A stretch of 32,000 bases of DNA from Nostoc punctiforme PCC 73102. GTDB taxonomy: Bacteria > Cyanobacteriota > Cyanobacteriia > Cyanobacteriales > Nostocaceae. Positions within the stretch are counted from its first letter, which is position 1, and every line of letters starts with the position of its first letter. Position numbers and translations under genes: made by a program. The stretch is from NCBI RefSeq assembly GCF_000020025.1, contig NC_010628.1, forward strand, positions 1,530,001-1,562,000, given 5' to 3'. The notes beneath the pieces are model-generated. The model was given only the letters and a program-made list of their open reading frames with translations. It was not told where the DNA came from and made no database searches. Of this stretch, positions 16,286 through 25,131 are shown one piece after another.

Positions 16286-17322
16286 TTGGATATAGCGATG
16301 TGGATACAATCATTAGAAGATTTTATCAAACATAGCCAGGATAAACGTGAAATTATACGAGCAATGGCAGTCAAGATGCTGCTGTGTGGATATAAACACA
16401 AGGAGATAATGCCAATTTTGGGTGTTTCGTCAGGCTTTATAAGTACATGGAAAAAAGCATTTTTTCAAAACGGAGTTGAGGGTTTAAAGTTAGCATATAA
16501 AGGAAGCAAAGGATTTTTGGATACACAACAACATAAGGCTGTGATTGAATGGTTGCAAACGAAGGAGCAATGGACTTTTAATGAGTTGGAGTACCAGCTT
16601 GTATCTAAGTATGGAGTGATATTTGAGTCTAAACGAAGTTACTATGATTTGTTTAATGAAGCACGTATTAGTTGGAAAAAAGCTCAAGCTAATAATCCAA
16701 AGCATGACCCGGAATTAGTCGCCTCAAAAAAAAAGAAATTTGTGAATTGTTGGAGACGAGACGAGCCGAAATTGAGTCGGGAGAGCTAGTTGTCTTCATG
16801 ATTGATGAATGCCACTTACTCTGGGGAGATATAATAGGATATATCTGGGGTAAAATGAGCGAGCGCATTTCAATTCCAGTTGTCAATGCTCGTGATAAAC
16901 AGACATACTTCGGTGCGTTAGACTATAAAACGAAAGAATTTCTCACCCATACTGCCAATAAAGGGAACTCGGAAAACACAATTGCTTTTTTGGAGTATCT
17001 CCGCTCACAACGTCCAGGTGCAAAACTTTTAATCATTTGGGATGGCGCTAGTTATCATCGCTCGCAACAGATCAAAGATTATTTAGACTCTTTGAATACT
17101 AACTTAGACAAAGAAGAATGGTTGATAACTTGTGAAAGATTTGCCCCGAATGCACCTCAACAAAATCCTGTAGAAGATATTTGGTTGCAAGGGAAAAGAC
17201 TGATTCGAGAGTTTTATTTTTTTTGTCATTCCTTCTCTATTGTCAAGGCTTTTTTTGAGTTATCACTTAATTGTCAAATTTTTAACTTTCCTAAGCTCCA
17301 TGAATATGGTGTTTTCTCATGA
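16286..17322 (+). CDS. IS630-family transposase, orfA (HTH) and orfB (DDE) joined by a -1 programmed frameshift
   Basis: orfA 16286-16789 is an HTH/winged-helix-like N-terminus. orfB is open from 16708 to 17322 and carries the DDE triad contexts FMIDECH, IIWDGASYH and QQNPVEDIW. The two frames overlap by 82 nt around an A9G run. Confidence 0.85.
16729..16735 (+). other. A_AAA_AAG -1 ribosomal frameshift heptamer of the transposase
   Basis: In the orfA frame the codons are TCA AAA AAA AAG AAA. The heptamer A AAA AAG at 16729-16735 is the classic X_XXY_YYZ slippery motif. A shift to -1 reads ...KKK EICELLETRRAEIESGELVVFMIDECH, continuous with orfB. Confidence 0.7.
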
Positions 17323-17339
17323 ACTATTTAGGATTGCTA

Positions 17340-18341
17340 TAGGATAAACTTTCACGTCATCAAAACTAATAACAACTCGTTCTGGATTGATCTGCTGTTC
17401 ATTTTCACATTTACCTATAGCCATCGCAACTCGTCCCCAATTCGGATCTGCCCCATAGACGGCGGTTTTTACTAATGGTGAATTGACAATTGCTTTAGCT
17501 ACTTTTTTCGCTTGTACATAGTTAATAGCTGAATCTACAGTCACCTCAATAATTTTGGTGGCACCTTCTGCATCTCTGGCAATTTTCAGCACCAATTCTT
17601 GTGCAACTTCTTGCAATGCGCTGGCAAAATCCGCCTCTGAAACTTCACCGGCTATTCCATTAGCTAGAATCACGGCGGAGTCACTAGTAGAAGTGTCAGT
17701 GTCTACACTCAAGCAGTTAAAGGTTTTATCTATAGTAGAGCGAAAAATAGAACGAAGGCTATTTGCAGAAATTGCCGCATCAGTAAAAAAGAAAGTTAAG
17801 AGAGTAGCCATATTAGGCTCAATCATGCCAACACCTTTGGCAATTCCTACCAGCTTGGCATTTCCTACTTGTCGTGTAGCTAGTTTTGATACTGTATCGG
17901 TGGTCATAATACCACGGGCTGCGGCATTAAAATCAGCAGGAGTCAATTTTTTGCCCAATCCTAATAAACCTGCTCGAATTTTTTCAATCGGGTAACGCCT
18001 GCCAATTACGCCTGTAGAAGCTATCACCATATTATGTGCAGCAATTCCAGTTTCAGTTGCAACTAATTGTAAAACTTCTTGGGCATCAGCAATGCCAACT
18101 GCACCATTAGCGACATTTGCATTCTTAGATATAACGACAATTCCTTGTACTTGTGAATCTTTTAAGTTGTCGCGGCTAATAGTAACACTTGGCCCGGCGA
18201 AAAGACTTTGAGTGAAGACTCCATCAGCAACACAAGGAACTTCTGATTTAATAAATACAAAATCATCAGTTGTATCGCGTATTCCTAAATTAGTAATAAA
18301 TGCGCTAAAACCTTGGGTGCAGAAGATATAGTTAATGCCAT
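17340..18341 (-). pseudogene. argJ: argJ paralogue (ornithine acetyltransferase / N-acetylglutamate synthase), N-terminal approximately 330 codons, interrupted by IS630
   Basis: The track ORF 17317-18030 (MVIASTGVIGRRYP...PNMATLLTFFFTDA... with the autoprocessing T motif) extends upstream in frame to ...GFSAFITNLGIRDTTDDFVFIKSEVPCVADGVFTQSLFAGPSVTISRDNLK... The only ATG (18341-18339; MALTISSAPKV...) is in a different frame. The 3' end reads into the IS (…VYPIAILNSS*). Confidence 0.8.
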
Positions 18342-18489
18342 TTTTCTAAATTTAATAATTTTCTTTAATTATCTCATACATCTGTAAAAATATTTATAAC
18401 ATCAGTTATTAGAGACGTATATCTATACACCTCTAATAATTGATTTGTAAAATAAAAATTATAAAATTTTAAGAAAAGCTAAAAACCTA

Positions 18490-18721
18490 TCATAAATCAG
18501 TTAGTGTAAGAGTAAATATTGTCCATCCATCACCACTTTCTACCTTAATGTTTCCTTGTAATTGTTCGACTATTTTTTACTATAGCTAAACTTAATCCAT
18601 AACCACCTTGATTCCACACGTATTGGTTGAGGTCAAGGCGTTCTCCAAAAAGCCAACTGCCAATAACAGCAATCAGTCCAAATCCCAGCCCAGTAATGAT
18701 GCTAATCCAGGATCTAGTGCT
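18490..18721 (-). pseudogene. Histidine-kinase HATPase_c C-terminal remnant with an internal frameshift
   Basis: Manual minus-strand translation gives ...TGLGFGLIAVIGSWLFGERLDLNQYVWNQGGYGLSLAIVK, matching the DxGxG...F.RF...GG.GLGLAIVK pattern. A 1-nt frame change then gives KIVEQLQGNIKVESGDGWTIFTLTLTDL*. A stop lies immediately upstream at 18722-18724, and no kinase N-terminus is present. Confidence 0.5.
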
Positions 18722-19255
18722 TCAAGGTGCGATCGCTTCAGCAACAGATTTCTAATGCAAGTATCCATTGCTAGTAGCGAAGACAAAACTATATATGCTG
18801 AAAGTAAAGTCAATATTTATATAATCCTGATTAACAAAATTTCTTAATAAGCCATAATAAACTCTCTTTTTGACCGCTTGCTTGTTGAGTTGGAATAACA
18901 ATGTTACTTCACACTAAATTAGTCTATACGTAGATGGATGGTTTCATTGTTTTCCAATACTTAAATACTCAATGTATATTTATAATTTACAAATATATCC
19001 GCTATGTCTACCAAAAGGCTCTTGCTTCGCTGCCTTGTAATCTGTCAGGCTTTTCTAAGCTAGTCTTTGTGATTTTACGAAAAACAAAAAATGCAACAAA
19101 CAAATTTTTGAACTTTTTAAATACTGGATTAAAATTTATTTATTCGTTTTCTACAACACTTTTGCAAAATTTAATTGGTTGTGTCAAACTAAACCAAGGA
19201 AAGCCATAATTCACCAACAGTTTAATGTTATGCTTTCCATAAAATAATAAAAGAA

Positions 19256-20911
19256 TTATTCAAAAACATTGCTTTGCTCCTTTCCAATATTTAAATATTC
19301 AGTTTTCACTTGGCCGTATTCCAGCTTGACAATCCGATCTGCCAGGTAAAAATATTGGTCATCGTGACTAATAACTAGTACAGTTTTTCCTCTCTTCTTT
19401 AGCTCTACCAGAAGTTGAGTATAGAAAATTTCCTTGAATACAGGATCTTGATCTGATGCCCACTCATCAAACATATAAATGGGACGATCTTCTAAATAAG
19501 CAGTAACTAGAGCGAGACGTTTGCGCTGTCCTTGAGAAAGGTCCGTGGTAGAAAGTACTCCATTATTGACCTTAACTTTATGGTCTAATTGCAATTCAAT
19601 AAGGTACTTTCGAGTCTGAATATCCAGATCGCCACTATCCAAACCCAGGAAGCGATCAAAAAGATAAAAATCGGAAAATACTACAGAAAATTGCTGTCTA
19701 TACCACTCTAAATTATGATTATCAATGAGCTGATCGTCTAGATAAATATTTCCTGTTTCAGGAATGTAAAGCCCACTAATTAACTTAGCGAGGGTAGACT
19801 TACCACTACCGTTACCTCCTACAATAAAAACAAGTTCTCCTGGATGAAATTTTAATTTAATAGGCCCAAGGATAAAGTTGCTTTCTTCCCGTTCTTGATA
19901 ATAAGCATGGGTTATATTTACCAGTTCTAAGCAGTTCCAATATTGATCTGATGCCAGTGAAACATTATCACAAATTTCGTTTGAATAACTTGCTAATGAT
20001 AGACCCAGAGACTCCACTTTTTTTAAAGCTACTAAGGCTTTAGTTATGCTAGGCATCATACTCATAATATACTCTAGAGGTGATATCAAATAGATAATAG
20101 TTAGGGCATAAGCAGATAGAATTGCAGGTGGAATTTTATTGATAGTAGGGATGATGAATAAAAGTAACCCAATAGCAACAAAAAATAGAACTTGCCCCCA
20201 ACTAGCAGCCGCAGCAAAGATACTCATACCCACAACATTATGACGGCGGAATGATGAAGCAGTGGTATGGAGTTCTTCAGAGAGAAATGCTTGCCGTCGT
20301 CGGCGATGTAGTTTGAGTTCTTTTGTGCCTTGAATGACGCTACGGAAATGCTTAAATAATCTATCTTCTTGCTCACGAGCCAATTTTAAAAAAGACATGG
20401 CTTTCATCATTGGTAGTGAATAGCTGAATATTCCCAGGAACATAAAGCTAATACCTATGAGGAAAACAATTTTAGATAACCAACTCAGATAAATCAGACA
20501 GGCAATCACGATGGCAATATTAATGCACACAAAAGGGACAGTAATAACTGTGTTAGAGATTGTTTGAATATCCTCAGTGAGAACAGCTAAAAGTCCATGA
20601 GCACCTATTTGTTCTAAGTGACGTAAGGGCGAGGCAAGAATACTGCGGGTTAAAAGTACCCGCAAATTGAGAATTGCTTTTTGTGAAAGTTGTATCAATA
20701 AAACTTGAGAAACGAAATTAGCAATTAACCGCAGTAAACAAAGACCGACAAAACTCCAAATTAGTATAGTTTTTGATGGCTGATTTTGACTCAATGTCGT
20801 ATTAATTAGGGCAATTAGACCAGCAGCAGTGCCGCCGCTGAAAATACCAGCTAAAATTGCAAAACAGAGCTGAAGAGAAGAAGTACGCAATAGAAGACGG
20901 ATCAGGTTCAT
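19256..20911 (-). CDS. Cyclic-peptide/siderophore-type ABC exporter (fused permease and ATPase)
   Basis: 551 aa. Six-TM N-terminal half. Walker A GGNGSGKST, signature LSQGQRKRLA, Walker B PIYMFDEWASDQD. Size and layout match the SyrD/PvdE-like cyclic peptide transporter family. Confidence 0.85.
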   Translation of the reverse strand: MNLIRLLLRTSSLQLCFAILAGIFSGGTAAGLIALINTTLSQNQPSKTILIWSFVGLCLLRLIANFVSQVLLIQLSQKAILNLRVLLTRSILASPLRHLEQIGAHGLLAVLTEDIQTISNTVITVPFVCINIAIVIACLIYLSWLSKIVFLIGISFMFLGIFSYSLPMMKAMSFLKLAREQEDRLFKHFRSVIQGTKELKLHRRRRQAFLSEELHTTASSFRRHNVVGMSIFAAAASWGQVLFFVAIGLLLFIIPTINKIPPAILSAYALTIIYLISPLEYIMSMMPSITKALVALKKVESLGLSLASYSNEICDNVSLASDQYWNCLELVNITHAYYQEREESNFILGPIKLKFHPGELVFIVGGNGSGKSTLAKLISGLYIPETGNIYLDDQLIDNHNLEWYRQQFSVVFSDFYLFDRFLGLDSGDLDIQTRKYLIELQLDHKVKVNNGVLSTTDLSQGQRKRLALVTAYLEDRPIYMFDEWASDQDPVFKEIFYTQLLVELKKRGKTVLVISHDDQYFYLADRIVKLEYGQVKTEYLNIGKEQSNVFE

Positions 20912-21008
20912 AAGTAATTAACAACCCACAGCATTCGTTCTGACGCGAAGAGTTTTCTTAAAGAGTAATTAAGCAGATATGTACAACTCACAGACTTTCG
21001 TTATTTGC

Positions 21009-22298
21009 CTACCTATTAACTACCTGTGCAGCACCTTTTACCTCCAGTTTTTTCGATGCTCCAACATGCTGATAAAGTTTTTCTTCAAATTTTTCCATAC
21101 ACGCCGACCAATCAAATTTTTGTATGTAGAGGCGAGCCTGTCGAGACATTTCTTCTTTTAGAGCCGGATTTTCTAGAATCGCAATCACCTTCATAGCGAA
21201 ATCTTTTGGGTTGTTAGGTTCAGCTAGGAAGCCGTTGCGACCAGAGGAAGAGGATATCTGCTCTGAAGTTGAAGGCGCAAGGACCGCAACTACAGGGGTT
21301 CCAGAAGCCAGCGCTTCGTTAGTTGTGGTGCAAAAGTTTTCGGTGACGGAGGCATTGACAAATACATCTGCTCGCGCAAACCAGCCCAAAAGTTCTGTAC
21401 CGTGAGACTCACCCCAAACCGTAATACCAGATTCAAACTTTTTGGCACGCCGACGGATCTCTTTATCCTGGGGACCACTACCAACAATCACTAAATGGAC
21501 ATCAGGAATTTTGGCAGCAATGAGCACAAATGCATCTAGGAGTTGCTTGACGTTCTTTTCTGCACTAATGCGTCCGACAAACAACAGAGTGGGTCGTTGA
21601 TCGCCAGGAATAGGGTCATAACAAATATTTCGGGGATGAAATTTTTCGCAATCAATTCCTTGATAGGGAAGATATTCTAGACGTTGGGCTGCCAGCAATT
21701 TGTACTTGGTGAGTTGTTCTTGGGAAGAAAAGTAATTAACATCATAAGCCTCACTCAATTGCTTAATTAAAATGGGAATGATCGGACGAATAAATCTAAA
21801 AGCCCACTCTCCTATGTAATATCGAATATAAGCAACTATATCGGTATGGAATATAGATATTATTGGTGTGCCTGTTCGCTTTGTGTATTCAGTGCCAATA
21901 GGGCGACCATAACCTTGCAAAAAAAGTGAATAGTAACCGATCATTCCTGGCGCTTCTTCAACCACCACAATGTCAGGCTGAAAATTTAATAACAGCTTGG
22001 TATCACTCCAATATCGATAGTGCAATGGTTCGGGAAGAGACTTGTAGAATATCATTGGTTTGCTTGGGTAAGCATAAGAAGAAAAGTTGGAGAAAGACTG
22101 AACTTCCTCCAGCCTTAACATGGGGCGATCGCGAACTTCTTTGGGGTACAGATAATTGACTCCAGGATGGATCAGAAAGACTTCATGTCCCTGCTGTAGC
22201 AACCAGCGAACACGCTGGTGTACTCCCATAGAAACCCCCGACATAAACGGAGCATATAATGCTGTAAAAATCGCAATACGAAGAGGTTGTTTATTCAT
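21009..22298 (-). CDS. Glycosyltransferase family 4 (retaining GT-B)
   Basis: 429 aa. N-terminal IAIFTALYAPFMSGVSMGVHQRVRWLLQQGHEV. C-terminal domain with LLFVGRISAEKN and the E-x7-E motif ENFCTTTNEALASGTPVV. Confidence 0.85.
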   Translation of the reverse strand: MNKQPLRIAIFTALYAPFMSGVSMGVHQRVRWLLQQGHEVFLIHPGVNYLYPKEVRDRPMLRLEEVQSFSNFSSYAYPSKPMIFYKSLPEPLHYRYWSDTKLLLNFQPDIVVVEEAPGMIGYYSLFLQGYGRPIGTEYTKRTGTPIISIFHTDIVAYIRYYIGEWAFRFIRPIIPILIKQLSEAYDVNYFSSQEQLTKYKLLAAQRLEYLPYQGIDCEKFHPRNICYDPIPGDQRPTLLFVGRISAEKNVKQLLDAFVLIAAKIPDVHLVIVGSGPQDKEIRRRAKKFESGITVWGESHGTELLGWFARADVFVNASVTENFCTTTNEALASGTPVVAVLAPSTSEQISSSSGRNGFLAEPNNPKDFAMKVIAILENPALKEEMSRQARLYIQKFDWSACMEKFEEKLYQHVGASKKLEVKGAAQVVNR

Positions 22299-22329
22299 GG
22301 TCTAATACTTGATATCTATGTATGATGCT

Positions 22330-22722
22330 TTAACACTTGGGATGAAAACTTTCTAAATCAACTACGGTGATTAAATTATCTTTTGGATGTCTGTTTTTCT
22401 CAGCTATTCCTGTATGCGCTGCATCCCCTCGAAAGATGCACAAAGGTTTTGACACAGCATTCTTAGCAGCTTTAGCTATATTGACAGTGCTCCTAACATT
22501 TACCTCATGAAAATGGTCAATTGACCCACCTTCTTTAGCTAGTTCAGCCGTATGTGTAACTACATCTACTGCCTGACAAGCCATTTGGGCAGTAGCTGGA
22601 TTAGTAACACTACCAACAATCACCTCAACACCGAGTTTTTGCGCTTTTTTAGCTTTATCCGAGAAATTTTGTAGTCCACGGACTTTCATTCCCTTTGCTA
22701 TAGCTAACTCAGCAAAACGCAA
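22330..22722 (-). pseudogene. NAD-dependent epimerase/dehydratase (extended SDR) fragment, probably decayed
   Basis: 130 aa from a TTG start. It resembles only the first third of an SDR (KGMKVRGL...LGVEVIVGSVTNP...VDVVTHTAEL...FHEVNVRSTVNIAKAAK). The upstream in-frame sequence reads IIIIEINGFIS where the GxxGxxG motif should be. The catalytic YxxxK region is missing. Confidence 0.55.
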
Positions 22723-22919
22723 GCTGATAAATCCATTAATTTCTATAATGATAATAGTTTGGTTTTCGATTTTTACAGATTTAATCTACAACTTTACTGT
22801 TGGTACAAGTTCAGGTGTTTTCTCCACTTGTTACATATATAGCAAAAGTCATTTGAATACTACCTAAAAATCTCATTAGCTTGTGATTTATAAGTATATT
22901 ATGACAGCAAGATACTCAA

Positions 22920-22952
22920 TTGCAACTCAAATGCAACTCATACGCAACTCGA
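22920..22952. repeat. Tandem 11-bp repeat, 3 copies
   Basis: TTGCAACTCAA ATGCAACTCAT ACGCAACTCGA, in the 466-bp gap between the docking-domain protein gene and the SDR fragment. Confidence 0.6.
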
Positions 22953-23188
22953 TCAATACTTGAATAATTTTTTGTAAAGATTAAAAAGTCATCCGTATAA
23001 AAATGCTAGAAATAACGCTTTAGCATTTTTATGTGAATGACCTAAGCTTATTATTGATTAGATGCTTTAGCTTTGCTGTCTCATACCCTACTTTTAAAGC
23101 TTGCTACGCGCACGTGTTCCGCAGCAAAGAGAATCATGCTTTGCAATTCTTGGTTAAACAGTAAGAATTAAAAGCCTCTTTCACAAAT

Positions 23189-25066
23189 TTAGACTCTACA
23201 TTCTTCTACCTTCGATCTCAGAGAAGCAAAATGTTTTCCACCTAATTCAATTTGCCCTTCTGCACACCCAGTTTTCAATCTTTCGACTAAATAATCCAAA
23301 TCATGAGCTATAAAATTTGTGCCATGATCTGGTTCTACTAAACTAACTAAAGATATATTTCTAGCTTGTTGTTCGACCAAGCTAGAAATACCCAGAAAGT
23401 TAAATACACCAGATTCATAGGTTCCACAAGGTACCGAAGGATTATTTACTCCAACACAGTATTCATTTGGTTTAAACCAATCAAATGCTGGGTAGCCGTG
23501 AAAATGAACAATTGGCGCACCATTTTTAATTAATTCTGGTGTATACAAAGCCGCAGAAAGACTAATCGCAAGCATGACATAAATATCATAAGAAGGTTTC
23601 ATATCTGCTAATTCCGAACGAATCACTTTAGGAAGTTGGAGATATAGCTTTTCTTTCAACCCAATTCTGATAATATCGTCAGCGATATTCAAGTCTGTTT
23701 TATTTGACCCTGAACGAGAACTTACAAGCCAAATATCGGGGATTTGTCTAAATACATATTTTTCTAATATTTTGATTTTGACATAGCGTCTACCATTTTC
23801 ATTTTGACGAAGTTCGTTACTACTAAATCCCTTAACAGGTAGTAGACTTTCCCACTCTTTTTTAGTTACTTCTACATCTCCAAAATATTGTGGAGGTTCA
23901 GCATAAGCAACAAAGCCATAAGAGACACCTGTTCTACCATTTATGATGACGCTGACAATATCTCTATGGGATTTTCTTTTAATCACTTCATTCAATTTAA
24001 AACCAGGAGGGAATAAACCTGTTGATGCCAATTCCTGACCCAATTTCACTAATTTTGCAGCATAGCTAGATTCTTGAGGATTATACTGTCCTAGCTCAAA
24101 TCGGCTCAGTAAAAGTGGGGCAATCGGCACAAAAACTTTAGGTATTAGCGATTTTAAGACAAACCTTTCTATCTCGCTCCTGGAAAAAATAGAGTCTGAA
24201 AGATTCATATTTAGTATAGAAATTTTATTAGATGATACTCCAATAACTACTTCGGAAAATGTTCTAATTAAAGTGTTTATTCCAATATTTATTTTTTGTT
24301 TATATGGAATAGCAGGGTTAATAAAATCATGGTCTATGTCAGTAATTACAATCACTTGCGTTTTGCTAGGGTTGTCAACATATTTAGCTGCATGATCTTC
24401 AGCCCAACTGCTTAATCTAGCTATTTTTATCACAGGTATTTTTCGCTCGTTTAAGATAAATTGAGAATAAATTTTGTAGAGGATTTCTGCTACGAATATA
24501 CCCAATTTTCTCAAAAAGGAAGGAGGGATTTCTACATCAATAATTGCGTTAACTTCTGACTTAACTCCCTTGAATTTAAAGTTTCTCTTTTTGTTAATTA
24601 CCGGGATTATTAGATCATATTTGAATTCTGCGATCGCTTCATCCCAAGATAAAACTTTGACACCATAATCTCTCAGTTTAACTTCCAACTCTTGGCGAAA
24701 TTTCCGAATTTCTTGATTATTGTAGCTATTAGGCAAAGGTTTAAATGTAACTATCAACTTCTGAGCCATAGCTTTAGTATCAATAATTGGCGACTTATAT
24801 TCTACAGTTGATTGCTCTGAAAAACCTCCAATTAAACGACCAATAGTTTGTAAATTTAGTCCTTGACTTAAAGGGACTGAATTTAAGTCGGAAGCTACAT
24901 CCATCTCATGCAGAAATGCCACAATATCTGCTTTGTAAGCAGCTATTTTTGCTTGCATATCTAATGTAATTAATCCCTTTGGTGAGCGAATCCTTAACTT
25001 GTCGTTATCAACCCATAAATGAACACCTTGTTGAGTAAGGTTTGCTACAAGCTCTGATGCGTTCAT
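23189..25066 (-). CDS. Protein with a TubC-type N-terminal docking domain fused to an unrecognised domain of about 560 aa
   Basis: 625 aa. Residues 1-55 (MNASELVANLTQQGVHLWVDNDKLRIRSPKGLITLDMQAKIAAYKADIVAFLHE) fit the beta-beta-alpha-alpha NRPS/PKS docking-domain pattern L..L...GV.LW.EGD.LR..APKG.LT.EL...L...K.EI..FL. The remainder has no A, C, KS, MT, TE or other motif I can identify. Confidence 0.7.
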   Translation of the reverse strand: MNASELVANLTQQGVHLWVDNDKLRIRSPKGLITLDMQAKIAAYKADIVAFLHEMDVASDLNSVPLSQGLNLQTIGRLIGGFSEQSTVEYKSPIIDTKAMAQKLIVTFKPLPNSYNNQEIRKFRQELEVKLRDYGVKVLSWDEAIAEFKYDLIIPVINKKRNFKFKGVKSEVNAIIDVEIPPSFLRKLGIFVAEILYKIYSQFILNERKIPVIKIARLSSWAEDHAAKYVDNPSKTQVIVITDIDHDFINPAIPYKQKINIGINTLIRTFSEVVIGVSSNKISILNMNLSDSIFSRSEIERFVLKSLIPKVFVPIAPLLLSRFELGQYNPQESSYAAKLVKLGQELASTGLFPPGFKLNEVIKRKSHRDIVSVIINGRTGVSYGFVAYAEPPQYFGDVEVTKKEWESLLPVKGFSSNELRQNENGRRYVKIKILEKYVFRQIPDIWLVSSRSGSNKTDLNIADDIIRIGLKEKLYLQLPKVIRSELADMKPSYDIYVMLAISLSAALYTPELIKNGAPIVHFHGYPAFDWFKPNEYCVGVNNPSVPCGTYESGVFNFLGISSLVEQQARNISLVSLVEPDHGTNFIAHDLDYLVERLKTGCAEGQIELGGKHFASLRSKVEECRV

Positions 25067-25131
25067 GGTTTTAGAATCTCCTATTTTTTTAAATATTGGT
25101 TTGTCAGTCTATGAATTGAAAAATGAATATC

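Larger units (their letters stand above)
16220..17339 (+). mobile_element. IS630/Tc1-mariner-family insertion sequence, 1120 bp, apparently intact
   Basis: Imperfect terminal inverted repeats. The left end is TAGCAATCCGGAATCATTTGTGAGAAAATAC. The reverse complement of the right end is TAGCAATCCTAAATAGTTCATGAGAAAACAC. They match at 24 of 31 positions, with the first 9 exact. TA is duplicated at 16218-16219 and 17340-17341, the family's target. Removing the IS and one TA restores the argJ reading frame. Confidence 0.9.

Noticed and set aside
18608-19209. Plus-strand ORFs 18608-18847 and 18934-19209
   Set aside because: The first is antisense to the decayed kinase remnant. The second lies in AT-rich sequence and gives an F/I/K/N-rich translation. 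Neither has motifs or an RBS.
24060-24080. GxSxG-like string (GVSYG) in the 625-aa protein as a possible serine-hydrolase nucleophile
   Set aside because: The context (INGRTGVSYGFVAY) lacks the hydrophobic strand and small-residue elbow pattern. No matching Asp/His motifs were identified, so it is too weak to call.
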